Source: an uncultured delta proteobacterium
GTDB taxonomy: Bacteria > Desulfobacterota > Binatia > UBA9968
DNA: 64,000 bases
Reading direction: 5' to 3'
Assembly (NCBI GenBank): GCA_963745035.1
Contig: CAVUVW010000017.1
Span: 224,001 to 288,000, forward strand
How positions within the stretch are numbered: position 1 is the stretch's first letter; every line of letters begins with the position of its first letter. Under the pieces are notes generated by a model. The model searched no databases and was not told the DNA's origin. It worked only from the letters and a program-made list of their open reading frames with translations. Below are positions 19,640-29,235 of the stretch, piece after piece. The translations under genes were made by a program, and so were the position numbers.

Positions 19640-20521
19640 ATGGATCTCGACGGCATCGCAATTTTCGTCAAGGTCATGCAAGCGGGGAGCTTCAGCCAGG
19701 CGGCCAAGCTGCTCGGCATGCCCAATTCGACGGTGAGCGCCAAAGTTTCGGCGCTGGAGAAGCGCCTCGGCGTGACATTGCTGCAGCGCACGACGCGCCG
19801 GCTGCGTCCGACCCCAGCCGGCGAGGCCTACTTCCAGCGTTCGGTCCGGGCGCTGGAAGATCTGCAAGCAGCGGAAAACGAGCTGGAAAGCGCGCGCGCC
19901 GAACCGAACGGCGTGCTGCGCCTGACTGCTCCCACCGACGTCGGCCATGACATCGTGCCTGCTTTGGTTCGCGACTATCTTGCGGCGCACGCGCGGATGA
20001 AGGTGGATCTCGTGATTACCAACCGCGTTCTCGATCTCCTCCGCGACGGCATCGACCTCGCGATCCGCGCCGGCCGACTCAAAGACTCCGGTCTCATCGC
20101 CAAGCGATTCGAGCTCGGTCACTTCGGCCTGTGGGCGAGTCCCGATTATCTCGCGAGCCGCGGCGCGCCGCGCCACCCCAAAGATTTAGCGCAGCATGAG
20201 TGTTTGGTATTCGCGCAGCTCAAGAACGCCGGCTTTCGACTGAGCAACGGAAAGGAAATGGTTCGCGTGCGGGTCAAGGGCAGAGTGATCGCGGACGACT
20301 TCGAAACGATGCGGGGACTTGCCGTGCTCGGCGTGGGCATCGGCTTTCTTCCGAGCTTTCTTTGCGCGGAGCAACAGAGGCGAGAAAAGCTCGTTCGCGT
20401 GTTGCCCCAGTGGCGCGGCGATCAAGTATCCATCTCGCTCATCTACCCGGCGCAAAAATTCGTGCCCGCCAAAGTCCGGGCGTTTATCGCGATGGCGGGC
20501 GAAGTGCTGAAGAAGAAATGA
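19640..20521 (+). CDS. LysR family transcriptional regulator (CrgA-like), divergent from the reductase-pirin operon
   Basis: GSFSQAA..LEKRLGVTLLQRTTR HTH. Confidence 0.95.
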   Translation: MDLDGIAIFVKVMQAGSFSQAAKLLGMPNSTVSAKVSALEKRLGVTLLQRTTRRLRPTPAGEAYFQRSVRALEDLQAAENELESARAEPNGVLRLTAPTDVGHDIVPALVRDYLAAHARMKVDLVITNRVLDLLRDGIDLAIRAGRLKDSGLIAKRFELGHFGLWASPDYLASRGAPRHPKDLAQHECLVFAQLKNAGFRLSNGKEMVRVRVKGRVIADDFETMRGLAVLGVGIGFLPSFLCAEQQRREKLVRVLPQWRGDQVSISLIYPAQKFVPAKVRAFIAMAGEVLKKK

Positions 20522-20680
20522 GCGAGTGTAAAAGCGTCTACTTCGACGAAAATCGGAACGCAATTCCGGGCGCGGCCATGCGGTGCTGGTGATGAATGAA
20601 TTAAAGAGCGACGGTTCCTTACGACAACAGGAAACCCCACGCCGGCGCGCTCTGCTAAAAAATTCTTTTGCGGGAAGTTT

Positions 20681-20713
20681 AAAAAAGGGTGTCCCCGATT
20701 TCGGGGACACCCT
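20681..20713 (-). terminator. Rho-independent terminator
   Basis: 12-bp stem agggtgtccccg / cggggacaccct followed by a T-run on the minus strand. Confidence 0.85.
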
Positions 20714-20800
20714 GCGTGATAGCCGCAAACTTGAACTGAGGAGGAGAGTTCAGTTTGCGCTCGGGAACACAGGTCGCCGGCACGCACCGGCAAGCTCGAA
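20681..20800 (-). ncRNA. Candidate 3'-UTR-derived sRNA with anti-SD loop
   Basis: Hairpin 20724-20759 with minus-strand loop CUCCUCCUC just upstream of the terminator. Confidence 0.4.
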
Positions 20801-20804
20801 ATCG

Positions 20805-21005
20805 CTAGCGCATTCGATTCATGGAGTACTGCAGTTTTTTCAGCTCACCTTGGAGATACATGTCCTTCAGCTCATGACGATCCATATGGGCTTCAAGCAA
20901 CTCCGCCGGAAACATCTTCGCGCCGCAGCGGTGGCAGACCGCCGCGCGAAAAGTATCTTTCTCATACTGGATGTCGTAATACTCCTGCCCTATAGCTGAT
21001 TCCAT
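20805..21005 (-). CDS. Small C2H2-type zinc finger protein (66 aa)
   Basis: C-x2-C-x12-H-x3-H (CHRCGAKMFPAELLEAHMDRH); GAGAGGGA RBS. Confidence 0.78.
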   Translation of the reverse strand: MESAIGQEYYDIQYEKDTFRAAVCHRCGAKMFPAELLEAHMDRHELKDMYLQGELKKLQYSMNRMR

Positions 21006-21050
21006 TTTGTCCCTCTCTGCCGATTATTGATGCAACGCAGGCGTGTTTAC

Positions 21051-21065
21051 GCATTTGATATGCCA
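21051..21065 (-). promoter_or_regulatory. Sigma54 (-24/-12)-type promoter
   Basis: TGGCATATCAAATGC (GG-N10-GC), 45 nt upstream of the zinc-finger ATG. Confidence 0.6.
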
Positions 21066-21341
21066 AGGCCAGGGCGGCCCCCTACTTCGCCCAAGTGGTT
21101 GATATTGCGTCGGTGCTACTTTCGGAGAAACTGGTTTTGGCTTCCCCAATCGCACAAAGAACGTTGGCAGGCGTTGTCTGCCATTTACATTTTTGTGCCC
21201 TCATCGGACGAAGGCGTCGCGGGTAGTCAGCAATCAAGCCCAACAAAAGACGGCCATTTGCGAGTCCGGCATCCCGCTTGACACCATAGCGGCGTCGGCG
21301 CAATGGTAACTTTGTCGACGCGCCGCTGCCGCGAGGAAACC

Positions 21342-22315
21342 ATGACGACCGACTGCCTGGATATCGAATTTCCGATTATGCGCTACGACATCACTCTGCC
21401 CATCCTCGAAGGGCGTGTGCCGATCGAAGGCGTCAATCTCAAGCCGGTCAAAGCGTCGTCGATGATCAACAAAGAAGATCCGAAGCTGATGAGCGGCGAC
21501 TTCGGTCTCATGGATTTGAATATCGGCTATCTCTTGCCCGCCATCGAAGCGGGTTGGGAAATCGTCGGCCTGCCGGTTTTTTCCAAGCGGAAACCTGCCT
21601 ACCAGCTGATCTTCTGTCATGCCGAGTCGGGAATTCATGCGCCCAAGAGATCTGGCGGGCAAGCGCATCGGCTCGCGCACCTATCGCACCGCGTTGACCG
21701 TATGGGCGAGAGGATTGTTGCGCGAGCGCTATGGTGTCGACTTCTCGAATGTGCGCTGGGTGTTGCAGGCCAAAGAAGTCTTTCCCGTGCACGATCAAAA
21801 TTTAAAGATCGAGTACGTCGATGAATCCAAGAATATGGCGCAGCGACTGGTCGCCGGCGAGTTGGACGCGATCCTCACCGACATCTCCGACACCAAAATG
21901 TTTGACAGCTTGGAAAACCATCCGAAGATCAAGCGCCTCTTTCCCGATTACCAGAAGGACGATCATCAGCTCTACCGCGATACCGGCATCTACACACCGG
22001 TGCACATGATCGTCATGAGCCGTAAGCTCGACCGCGCACAGCCGGAGTTGGCGGCCAAACTTTACGCCGCCTTCGAGAAAGCGAAACAGATCGCCTACGA
22101 CGATATCTCGAGTGATCGCGGCGGCTTTTCCGTCGTCTACTTGCGCGAGCGCATGAAAGAGCAAACCGTGGCCTGGGGCGATCCGTGGAAATACGGCATC
22201 AAGGCGAACAAGACCACCATCGACACGTTCATCAAGTACAACGTCGAGCAGGGCATGATCCGCGCCGCGCCGTCCTATGCCGATATTTTCGCAGCGCGGC
22301 ACTCTCGACACTTAG
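21342..22315 (+). CDS. 4,5-dihydroxyphthalate decarboxylase-like protein (PBP fold), two +1 frameshifts (~21648, ~22296)
   Basis: YDITLPILEGRVPIEG, LPVF, WARGLL, RLFPD, TGIYTPVH, GDPWKYGI. Confidence 0.78.
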
Positions 22316-22328
22316 TTGCTCTGACGGC

Positions 22329-22361
22329 TTGAACGATTTGAACGTTTTGAACGGCTTGAAC
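22329..22361. repeat. 9-nt period TTGAAC array (single arm)
   Basis: ttgaac at 22329, 22338, 22347, 22356. Confidence 0.88.
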
Positions 22362-22396
22362 CAAGTCGCCTACCGAGGACAGCTTCGAAGGAGATT

Positions 22397-23686
22397 TTGA
22401 TGTTATCGAAAGAGGACAATGAGCTAGTTACTCGAACCAACCCAGGCACCCCGATGGGCAAGCTCATCCGGCGCTACTGGGTTCCGGCATTGCTCTCAGA
22501 AGAAATTCCCGCGCCCGACGGTCCGCCGGCGCGGGTAAAACTCTTGGGCGAAGATCTCGTCGCTTTTCGCGCCACCGATGGCCGCATCGGCCTGATCGGC
22601 GAGCGCTGCGCCCATCGCGGCACTTCACTTTTTTTCGGCCGCAACGAAGAGTGCGGCCTGCGCTGCATCTATCACGGCTGGAAGTATGACGTTGAGGGCA
22701 ACGTGGTCGATACTCCGGCAGAGCCCGCCGGCAGCGACTTCCGCAAGAAGCTGCGCCATACGGCATATCCGACCCACGAGGCTAACGGCATCATCTACGC
22801 CTATCTTGGCCCGCGCGAGTTGATACCGCTGTTTCCCAACTATGAGTGGACCCAGGTACCGCTGGAGTTTACTTACGTCACGAAGAACTTGCTCGAATGC
22901 AACTATCTTCAGGGGCTTGAAGGCGAGTGCGACTCATCCCATTTGTCTTTTCTCCATCGCTCGTTTACCAACGAGCGCAATCAGGCGCTCTACAAGAGCG
23001 ACACGGCGCCCTTCTATGAAACCGAGGATACCGACTTCGGCGTGCGGCTGATCGCCACGCGCAATGCCGCGGACGACCAGCACTACGTGAGATTTTCCGC
23101 CTTCGTCATGCCGGTGTACGGCTGCGTCCCGGCGGGCCGGCCCACCAACGAGCTCGAAGGCTACGAGATTCACACCTATGTGCCGGCCGACGACACTCAC
23201 TGCTGGCGCTACGACATCGGCTTTCGCCGCGACCGCGCGGTGCGCGACGAAGAAGTGCACCGGCGCAAGCAGATCAAGTCCGACTACACACGGATCCGCA
23301 ACGCAGGGAATAACTACCTGCAAGACCGGCAAATGCAAAAGACGGTCAACTTCACGGGGATCGAGGACTTCCTCAACCACGATGCTTGCGCGACCGAAAG
23401 CATGGGAGCGATCTTCGACCGCAGCAAGGAGCACCTCGGTGTCAGCGACAAAGCTGTGATCGCCGTGCGCAAATTTCTTCTGACCGCGGTCAAGGAGTTC
23501 GCCGAAGGCAGAGAGCCGCCTCATCTCGTCCGCGTCACCGGGAGCAACTGGTTCCCGCACGTCGACTGTTTCGCTTACCTACTGCCGCGCAACGTGACCT
23601 GGCGCCAGCACTTCGACTACCTGACCGAATCCGCGCAGAAGGAAAATCCGGCATCCTTCACCGCGCGCCGGAGGGTCGCATCGTAA
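22397..23686 (+). CDS. Rieske non-heme iron oxygenase (phthalate 4,5-dioxygenase/LigX-like alpha subunit)
   Basis: CAH..CIYH Rieske motif; DSSHLSFLH..HD mononuclear iron site. Confidence 0.93.
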   Translation: MMLSKEDNELVTRTNPGTPMGKLIRRYWVPALLSEEIPAPDGPPARVKLLGEDLVAFRATDGRIGLIGERCAHRGTSLFFGRNEECGLRCIYHGWKYDVEGNVVDTPAEPAGSDFRKKLRHTAYPTHEANGIIYAYLGPRELIPLFPNYEWTQVPLEFTYVTKNLLECNYLQGLEGECDSSHLSFLHRSFTNERNQALYKSDTAPFYETEDTDFGVRLIATRNAADDQHYVRFSAFVMPVYGCVPAGRPTNELEGYEIHTYVPADDTHCWRYDIGFRRDRAVRDEEVHRRKQIKSDYTRIRNAGNNYLQDRQMQKTVNFTGIEDFLNHDACATESMGAIFDRSKEHLGVSDKAVIAVRKFLLTAVKEFAEGREPPHLVRVTGSNWFPHVDCFAYLLPRNVTWRQHFDYLTESAQKENPASFTARRRVAS

Positions 23687-23730
23687 AATCGAGCGCGAAG
23701 GCTAAAGCTTCGGGATTCAGGAGAGCTGAT

Positions 23731-24492
23731 ATGAAAAATGGCAAAAATCGCCGCCGAGCCGCTGCTGTCGGAGCATTGATCAAACAATACGAGCAAGAGC
23801 TGAATACCGCCGCCGCAATATTGGACTGGGAAATCGGCGATCTCTGGGGACACGTCGGCGTGCGCCTGCCGGACAATCGCGGCATCGCCGTGCGGATGTT
23901 TCGGCGCCCCGAGCGAGGAAAGAAGGAATGGCTCGTGCATTTTGATTATTCGCTGACCAAGCTTTCCGGCGTGGGCACAATTCCGCGCGAGTCGGTGATC
24001 TATACAGAAATCTTCAAGGCGCGACCCGACGTCAACGCCGCCGTTCACTGCCACGCCGCCATGTGCATCGCGCTCAGCCTGGCGGATACCCCGGTGGATT
24101 GGGTGCACATGCAATCTTCGCGCTTCAAGGGCGGCACACCGATCTTCCGTCGCCCGATCTATATACTCGACCCCGACGAAGGGGCTGCCATCGCGGCGAC
24201 TCTCGGCAGTGCTTCCGGGCTCATGATCAAGGGCCACGGCATCGTGACCGTCGGTGAAACGATCGATGACGCGTGCATGGCTGCGGTTTACATGGAGCGC
24301 ACGGCGAAGATCATGGCGGTCGCGCGCCTGCACGGCTATCAAGGACCGACTCCCGAATCGCTCGAAACCCAGGCCGTGAGCCGAAAAAAGCTCTTTCGCC
24401 GGCCGCGCGACGAAATGTTTCATTCAGCGGATTGGAACTACTACGCCGATAAGGTCAAACGCGGACAGCGTTGGACGCGTGGCTGGACATGA
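23731..24492 (+). CDS. Class II aldolase/adducin family protein
   Basis: GHVGVR, ARPDVNAAVHCH, KGHG. Confidence 0.85.
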   Translation: MKNGKNRRRAAAVGALIKQYEQELNTAAAILDWEIGDLWGHVGVRLPDNRGIAVRMFRRPERGKKEWLVHFDYSLTKLSGVGTIPRESVIYTEIFKARPDVNAAVHCHAAMCIALSLADTPVDWVHMQSSRFKGGTPIFRRPIYILDPDEGAAIAATLGSASGLMIKGHGIVTVGETIDDACMAAVYMERTAKIMAVARLHGYQGPTPESLETQAVSRKKLFRRPRDEMFHSADWNYYADKVKRGQRWTRGWT

Positions 24493-24561
24493 TAGTTCGG
24501 TAGTTTAACTTCATTGCCGAAGATTCTCGTCGCGGCTTCGGTACCAAGGAGATCACCGTCC

Positions 24562-25548
24562 ATGCCCTGTAAATTGCTGTGCACGATCCTCCTGCTGTTC
24601 CTATTCCCCGCCCTCTCCGCTGCTCAGGAAACCCATCTCGTCGCTTACGCCGGCTTCGGCGGCTTTCAAGCGCCCGTGTGGGCGCCCAAGGATCTCGGCC
24701 TCTTCGACAAGTACGGCTTTAAAGGCGACGTTATTCTCGTGCCGGGCTCGGTGCGCCAGATCCAGGCGCTTCAAGGCGGCAGCATCAACTTTGCCCAAGT
24801 CGACGCCGCGACGGCCATCAATGCCATCAACCAGGGCGCGGACATGGTCATGATTTCCGGCTCGCTCAATTCATTTCCCTACAGCTTCATGGCGCAGAAA
24901 GAGATTCGCAAGCCGGAAGACCTCGTCGGCAAGAAAATCGGCGTGCTCGCCGTCGGCGGCGCCACCGAGACGGCGACGATCCTCGCGCTCAAGGCTTGGA
25001 ACGTGCCGCGCCAATCGGTGACTATTTTCCCCGCCGGAGATTCCATGGCTCGCATCGTCGCCATGTCCGCGAAGGCCATTGACGCCACGGTCTTGACGTA
25101 CCCCGACATCAATGAAGCGATTCGCGTCGGCATGCATTCCTTGGCCGAAATGAGCGAGATGAAGGAAGCCTCATTTCCGATGAATGTCATGGTCGCGCGT
25201 CGTTCTTTCCTCGAGAAGAATCGCGATTCGGTGAAGCGCTTCCAACAAGCCTATGCCGAGGGCACACACCAGTTCATGACGAACAAGGAACGCGCGATGG
25301 CGGTCTTGTCTAAACGGCTGCGTTTCAAGAATCCCAAGGCGATCGATGAGACGTATCAGTATTTCGCCAGGAAATTTTCGTTTCCGACTCGAGTTTCCCA
25401 GGCCGGTTTGCGAAACACGTTGGAGCTGCTTTCGCAGCGCACTCCGACGGCAAAGATCGATCTGAATCTTGCCCGCTATCTCGACGAAGGAATTCTCGAC
25501 GAGCTCGAACAAGAGGGATTCTTCAAACGCTTGATGGCCAAAAACTGA
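24562..25548 (+). CDS. ABC substrate-binding protein (NMT1/SsuA-like)
   Basis: Signal peptide, GLFDKYG, DLVGKKIG. Confidence 0.88.
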   Translation: MPCKLLCTILLLFLFPALSAAQETHLVAYAGFGGFQAPVWAPKDLGLFDKYGFKGDVILVPGSVRQIQALQGGSINFAQVDAATAINAINQGADMVMISGSLNSFPYSFMAQKEIRKPEDLVGKKIGVLAVGGATETATILALKAWNVPRQSVTIFPAGDSMARIVAMSAKAIDATVLTYPDINEAIRVGMHSLAEMSEMKEASFPMNVMVARRSFLEKNRDSVKRFQQAYAEGTHQFMTNKERAMAVLSKRLRFKNPKAIDETYQYFARKFSFPTRVSQAGLRNTLELLSQRTPTAKIDLNLARYLDEGILDELEQEGFFKRLMAKN

Positions 25549-25600
25549 ATTGTCTGCTCCTCACGGCTTGAGATAAATTGTTTGCGTCCGTAGTGCCAGC

Positions 25601-25631
25601 TTGACTCAACGCAAACACCTGCCTTATAAAT
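25601..25631 (+). promoter_or_regulatory. Putative sigma70 promoter
   Basis: TTGACT-N18-TATAAA upstream of the SBP gene. Confidence 0.4.
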
Positions 25632-25675
25632 CGAAGTGCGTTCCGCCGAATTCTGTCGAGGAAGGAAAGTCTCTC

Positions 25676-26683
25676 ATGCGTAAGATTTCCGCTCTACTCT
25701 TCGGTTCATTGCTGATGTTGAATGGAGGCGCCGCGTTCGGCCAATCGGCTCAAATGGTCGCCGCGGCGAAGAAAGAAGGCGGCAAGGTCATCGTCTATAC
25801 CTCGATGGAGACTTTTACCGCCGACGCGCTGAAAAAAGCCTTTGAGGCAAAAACCGGCTTGCAGATGGAATACTGGCGCGGTGGCTCGACCGAGGTTCTC
25901 GATCGCTCGCTCGCAGAGTTTCGCGTCGGCAAACCGCTTTTCGACATCGTCGCCATGACCGGCGATCACATGCACGTGCTCGCGAAAGAAGGCGTTTTCA
26001 CCAAGTACGATTCGCCGTCCTTCAAAGGCTTTGCCAAAGAGGCGATCGACCCCAACCTCGGCGCTCGTTATCGAAACGTTCTATACGGCGTCATTTACAA
26101 TAAAGCCGGCATCAAAGCCGCTGACGCGCCCAAGACGCTCGAAGAGGTCGTCAAACCCGAATACCGCGGCAAGCTGGTCATGCCCCATCCGGTAAATCAC
26201 ACTTTGACCACCCAGTGGTTAGCGAGCCTGGACAAAATCATGACCAAGCCGAGAGCGGAAAAATTCATCCGTGATCTCGCCGCCGCGCGGCCGATCTTTG
26301 TCGAGTCCATCGTCCCCGCGGCCGATCGCGTCGGCACAGGCGAGACACCCATCGGCATCACCTTCCCGCGCTTCGTGACCACTTACAATAAACAGGGCGC
26401 CGATCTCGATTATGTTCGCGACTACACCATGCTCGGCGACGGGCAGTACATCAGCCTTGGCGCTAAAGCACCCCGGCCGAACGCAGGCAAAGCATTTATC
26501 GATTTCTTCCTCGACGAGGAAAGCATGAAGATCCAGGCCGCGACCGGAGAGTTCGTCAATCGCAAAGGCGTCTATCCGCCACTCGCCGACGCCGACAAGA
26601 TCAAGTTCGTGCAGATGTACCAGTTCAATAAAGAAGACTACGAAGTAAAAAAGAAAGAATACCAGAAGATTTTTCTGCAGTAG
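25676..26683 (+). CDS. ABC transporter solute-binding protein
   Basis: AAKKEGGKVIVY, APRPNAGKAFIDF. Confidence 0.9.
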   Translation: MRKISALLFGSLLMLNGGAAFGQSAQMVAAAKKEGGKVIVYTSMETFTADALKKAFEAKTGLQMEYWRGGSTEVLDRSLAEFRVGKPLFDIVAMTGDHMHVLAKEGVFTKYDSPSFKGFAKEAIDPNLGARYRNVLYGVIYNKAGIKAADAPKTLEEVVKPEYRGKLVMPHPVNHTLTTQWLASLDKIMTKPRAEKFIRDLAAARPIFVESIVPAADRVGTGETPIGITFPRFVTTYNKQGADLDYVRDYTMLGDGQYISLGAKAPRPNAGKAFIDFFLDEESMKIQAATGEFVNRKGVYPPLADADKIKFVQMYQFNKEDYEVKKKEYQKIFLQ

Positions 26684-26719
26684 CGAATGACTACGAGCTT
26701 CTTGGTATCACTCAGTGCT

Positions 26720-26811
26720 AAGAAAGATTTCTCAGTCGCTTCGCTCCTTCGAAATGACAGAATGCAACTCTGTTAGTTGTGTCATTTCGACCGCAGGGAG
26801 AAATCCTTCTT
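26720..26811. repeat. Palindromic intergenic element (REP/MITE-like)
   Basis: aagaaagatttctc..tcgaaatgaca / tgtcatttcga..gagaaatccttctt nested inverted repeats. Confidence 0.8.
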
Positions 26812-26855
26812 AATTGCCGGAACAATATCTCCGAAGCATATGGAGGCATAGCACA

Positions 26856-27924
26856 ATGGCGGAATTCATAATCGACGCAGACGGTCATATCATGGAAGAC
26901 CACAAGGACATCTTTGCCCACATCAAAGGAAACTTCTCCGAGATGAACTGGCACTCGACATGGCCGATGTTCGACGCCGACGGCTGGCAGCGCGGCTTGG
27001 CGCGCAAAGGCAAGCGCGAAGACCCGGATGCAGAAGCGTGGATACGCTTTCAGAACGAGCATGGCATCGACTGCGCCGTTCTCTATCCGACTTCTGCTTT
27101 GGCGATCGGCATGATTCAACTTCCTGCCTGGGCGTCGGCGATCGCGCAAGGTTACAACGACTGGCTCCATCACCGCTTCACGAGCCAAAGTCCTCGTCTA
27201 AAGGGCGTGGCGCTGCTCGCGCCGCAGGATCCGAAAGCCGCTGCCGCGGAGCTGCGCCGCTGCGTGAAGGAGCTGGGATTCTCCGCCGGACTGTTACCTT
27301 CCGTAACCAACAATCGCACCGCGCTGTATGGTTCGCCGGTCTTCCATGAAATTTACGACGAAGCGCAGCGCCTCGACGTGCCGCTCACCATACACGGCGG
27401 CGTCAGCCAGAATTTGGGACTCGATCGGGTCGCGAGCTTCCTGGAAGCGCACATGCTCGAACATCCGGTGGGACTATTCATTCAAATCACCAACATGATG
27501 TTCCAGGGCGTGTTCCAGGAGTTTCCCAAACTGCGCATGGCCTATCTCGAAGCCGGCGCCGGCTGGGTGCCGTTCATGATGGACCGCATGGAGGAAGACT
27601 ACGAAAAATTCGCCGCCCGCCTGGCGCCGCAGCTCAAAGATCCGCCGAGCAAGTTTTTCAAGTCGCGGAAATATCTTCGTCACCATGGAAGTCGAAGAAC
27701 GCACCGCCCCTTATCTCGCCGACTTGATTCGCGACGACGTGATCATGTGGGCCTCCGACTTCCCGCACGAGCGCGAACGCGACCAATTCGGCGGCGACCT
27801 GCCGCATCTAAAAGCGCGCAAGGACCTGAGCGACGATTTCAAACGGAAAATGCTCTACGACAACCCGGTGAGATTCTACCGCTTCAGCGAAGGCGACATC
27901 GCCGCGGCGAGGAAAGCCAAGTAG
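26856..27924 (+). CDS. Amidohydrolase family 2, +1 frameshift at ~27668
   Basis: DADGHIME, LYPT, LEAGAGW; IMWASDFPH lies in the second frame. Confidence 0.88.
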
Positions 27925-28098
27925 AGTTCATGACGAGTCTAGGCTTCTTGGCTTGGCTCACGACCAGAAGCGTAAAGGCAATATCCATTCGCAACATATG
28001 TTGTCGATAATCGTCTTACGCCAAAGCCGGCCTGGACGGCTGGCAGCTTATTTCGGTCAGGCTCCGAATCTTATATACGGTTTAGCAAGACTCATCGT

Positions 28099-29095
28099 TT
28101 ACCGGCCCGTCAACTTCTTCACGAATCCCTCTTCCTCTAGTTTCTTCAAAAACCGGTCGCTGACATAAGTTTTTCGCATCGACTTTGCCGAGCTTGGGCT
28201 CAGCTTCGACCAGCGGATCGATCACCGCCTGCATCGCCTTTACCGAGGGATAAGGAATATCCGGGATCCTGTTTTTGTTGTACTCGTAGGCTTCCTTGAG
28301 CAGCTCCTGATCGTTCATCCGGCTGAACTGCGCGAGAGCTTTGATTGTGTACTCGGGCTCGGTTTTGAAAATCTTGATCGCTTCGAGATAGGCGCGCAGG
28401 AAGTTTAGAATTCGAGCTTCATTCTTCAGCAACAGCTTCGCGCTGCCGCACATGCCCGTATTGAAATATGGAATCCCGAGTGCGCCGGCATCGGCAAGGA
28501 CGTTGAAATTGAACTTCTTCGCCGCCGCGCCGAACGGCGCGTTGAACACCGAGCCGTCGATGCTGCCGGATCTAAGCGCAGCGAGACGTTCGGTTTCGTT
28601 GCCGATTTGCAAAATGGTGGTGTCTTTCGGATCGACGCCCAGCCGTTTGAGAAGAGTGCGCGTGCCGAAATCTGAGGACGAAGCAAACCGGCTGATCCCT
28701 AATCGCTTACCCTTTAGCTCCGCCGCGGTCTTGATGTCCCGCCGGGTTGCCAGTTGGTAGCCCATCGTGTCGTCCGTCATGGCGATGTAGAGAATATCGG
28801 CGCCGCGCAGATTCGCTGCTACTCCGGGCGCACCCGTAAGCTGCCCGAGATCCACATCGCCGGAAACCATCGTCTGCACCACGGTCGTACCGCCGGGAAT
28901 GTAAACCACCACCGAAGACAAGCCGTATTTCGCGTAAAGGCCGCGCTTTTCAGCCAGTGAAACCAGCAGCGCGTGCGGATTCACCGAACTGTAAGCAATA
29001 CGAATCGTATCCGCAGCGAAACCGGTCTCAATACAACCGAGCAGAAGTACAACCGAAAGCAAAAACACCGACACCGATCGTTTCATCATCGTCAT
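28099..29095 (-). CDS. ABC substrate-binding protein (NMT1/SsuA-like), +1 frameshift at ~28167
   Basis: Signal peptide, ELKGKRLG; corrected C-terminus YVSDRFLKKLEEEGFVKKLTGR*. Confidence 0.87.
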
Positions 29096-29235
29096 CCTAT
29101 CCGTTCGAAAAAACTTCCACTTTCTAAGCGGTTGTACTCGCACAGCCGGCGGGAGTGTCAATCGGAGCAGGAAGACAGGATCTATGATGGAGCGATAAGA
29201 AATCGGAAGCGCGGGCTTCGAAAATCGAGCTGGCG

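Noticed and set aside
20738-20746. GAGGAGGAG loop as an RBS or CsrA site on the + strand
   Set aside because: No credible + strand ORF follows, and terminator polarity favours the minus-strand transcript; not fully excluded.
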